DNA of 62,399 bases, counting the filler, from Rhabdomonas costata (taxonomy: Eukaryota): the NCBI GenBank assembly GCA_019059605.1. It is 31 parts of 31 records of this genome, joined end to end, with 100 filler letters (N's around TTAATTAATTAA, not from the genome) between each part and the next. Parts side by side here need not be neighbours in the genome. Positions count along the whole stretch, not along the records: positions 60,485 to 62,399 come from JAHMHO010007426.1; 30 more parts are not named here. The stretch is one strand, 5' to 3'. A model generated the notes under the pieces. It did not search any database and was not told the DNA's origin. It worked only from the letters and a program-made list of their open reading frames with translations. Positions 61,093 through 62,399 of this stretch are shown here, in pieces; the first letter of the stretch is position 1; each line of letters opens with the position of its first letter. The position numbers and the translations under genes are program-made.

Positions 61093-62179
61093 CTATAGAA
61101 GAGCCCTTTGGCGTAGTGTAGCCCAGGATCCATGCGGGCGCGGTTCAGGGCCTTCTCCGCAGCCTTAAAGAACTTCGGGCACTCATACAGCCGCCCCGCG
61201 CGTCGGAGCAGCTGCACAAACTGCACCTGAAGTGGGACGGCACCGACACCGCACATCAATGACCATGCATCCTCTTGTCCAATTCGGTGAAGTCGGGAAA
61301 TAGACAAAACCAAGGTCATATTGAAACAGCTGACTGGTTCTCTGGCCAGTGATGTCCCACACAAAGACAAACACGCTTGCAAAGGGCAGATAGACGATGT
61401 CGAACAGACAAGCGAGGTAGTACAGCAATGAACACAACTGCAAAACTGCGATACCGCTGCACCAAGGCACTCAGAGAGAAGGGGCGCAAACGAGAGAATT
61501 CTCACCAGCGCTTCATGGTTGTTGGGCTTCTTCTCCAGAAGCTGCTGGAAGTGGTATATGGCATCCTCAAACTTGTTCTTCCTGTTGTTTTTCATGCATC
61601 CATTACAACCGAACACAACGTTTGCGATGATCAACACGCGGAGGTACTGGATGAAACGCTGACGGACCACATGCTGTGAGCAAATAGGCATTCGGCCTGG
61701 GAGAAGGGAAGCACTTCAGAGAGGGTAAGATACCCACAAACCCATAGTTAGCTCCATACCCCAACGGACGTTCTGAGATGCGACACTTCCGACAATTGGG
61801 CTACAGTGCCAAACGTTCGAGAGGATACCAAGATATCAGTGCAGAAGCGGAGAGCGGAGCACCACACAAATAAGTGAATGAAGAACTCTGCAAGGATAGA
61901 CAACAGGGATTTGTGACATGGGAAACCGCTAGAAATGGAAATACAAATCGACATCGCAGAAAAGGAAAGCAATTTTTGTGAGTGCATTGACAGTCAAGTC
62001 TTTGTGGAGAGGGAGGGGGGAACGAAGCTGCATGCTGCCGGATACCGGAACATCAGGTCGGCGAGCATCATCGTGGCCTCCTCGTTGGAGGGATCCACGC
62101 GGAGCAGGGCGTTGCACTGCAGCTCACAGCCGTCGAGCTCCCCCTTGCGGAGGTAGAGCTTGGCCAGCGCCAGCATGCT
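61093..62179 (-). CDS. TTC21B: Intraflagellar transport protein IFT139 / TTC21B (TPR protein); exons 62179-62046, 61581-61506, 61226-61093
   Basis: MLALAKLYL...DGCELQCNALLRVDPSNEEATMMLADLMFR|KNKFEDAIYHFQQLLEKKPNNHEAL|VQFVQLLRRAGRL...DPGLHYAKGLFY matches the conserved TTC21/IFT139 segment. GT-AG introns are in phase. Confidence 0.9.
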
Positions 62180-62399
62180 CTTTGGGGATGAAACAGAGAG
62201 GGATGCAATTTTATTTCGAGGAACAACACAACATCATGGTGCAATCAGTACCAGCGGGTGGGACTCTGAAACTATCAGCACATCCGTGCATAGCTCTGAG
62301 GATGGCTAAGTTCGTGTCAAGTATTCAACAGCAGAGAGCGAAAATACATGCACAGAAGCTGAGCGCGCGGCCAAGAGACCGAAAAGGAACCCAAAACCC

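Overview
This window is not contiguous genome. It is 31 short contigs (~1.9 kb each) joined by 30 artificial 100-nt N-spacers that carry TTAATTAATTAA (stops in all frames), so no synteny can be inferred across spacers. The source is an intron-rich, flagellated eukaryote, most plausibly a euglenid (inference from IFT139, short GC3-rich exons with GT-AG introns, and receptor-cyclase-type sensor genes). G/T-only primer remnants at contig ends point to whole-genome amplification. Spliced host-gene fragments: DDX55/SPB4-like helicase, ArfGAP, AGC kinase, WSC-domain protein, ART-type ADP-ribosyltransferase, ankyrin protein, PDR/ABCG transporter, Cache-domain receptor, DUF1445/D-glutamate-cyclase-like protein, acyl-CoA synthetase, CMGC kinase and TTC21B/IFT139. 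Mobile-element remnants: Ty3/gypsy gag with a tRNA-iMet PBS, gypsy pol, a LINE with RNase H, and hAT. The standout is contig 52404-54318, which has an exact 127-bp terminal direct repeat and so represents a 1788-bp circular or head-to-tail unit. It encodes an intronless Tc1/IS630-type DD35E transposase, broken only by a TAG at the conserved Trp, plus a co-oriented 153-aa basic protein with an AT-hook-like motif and an SH3/KOW-like segment. No terminal inverted repeats are visible.
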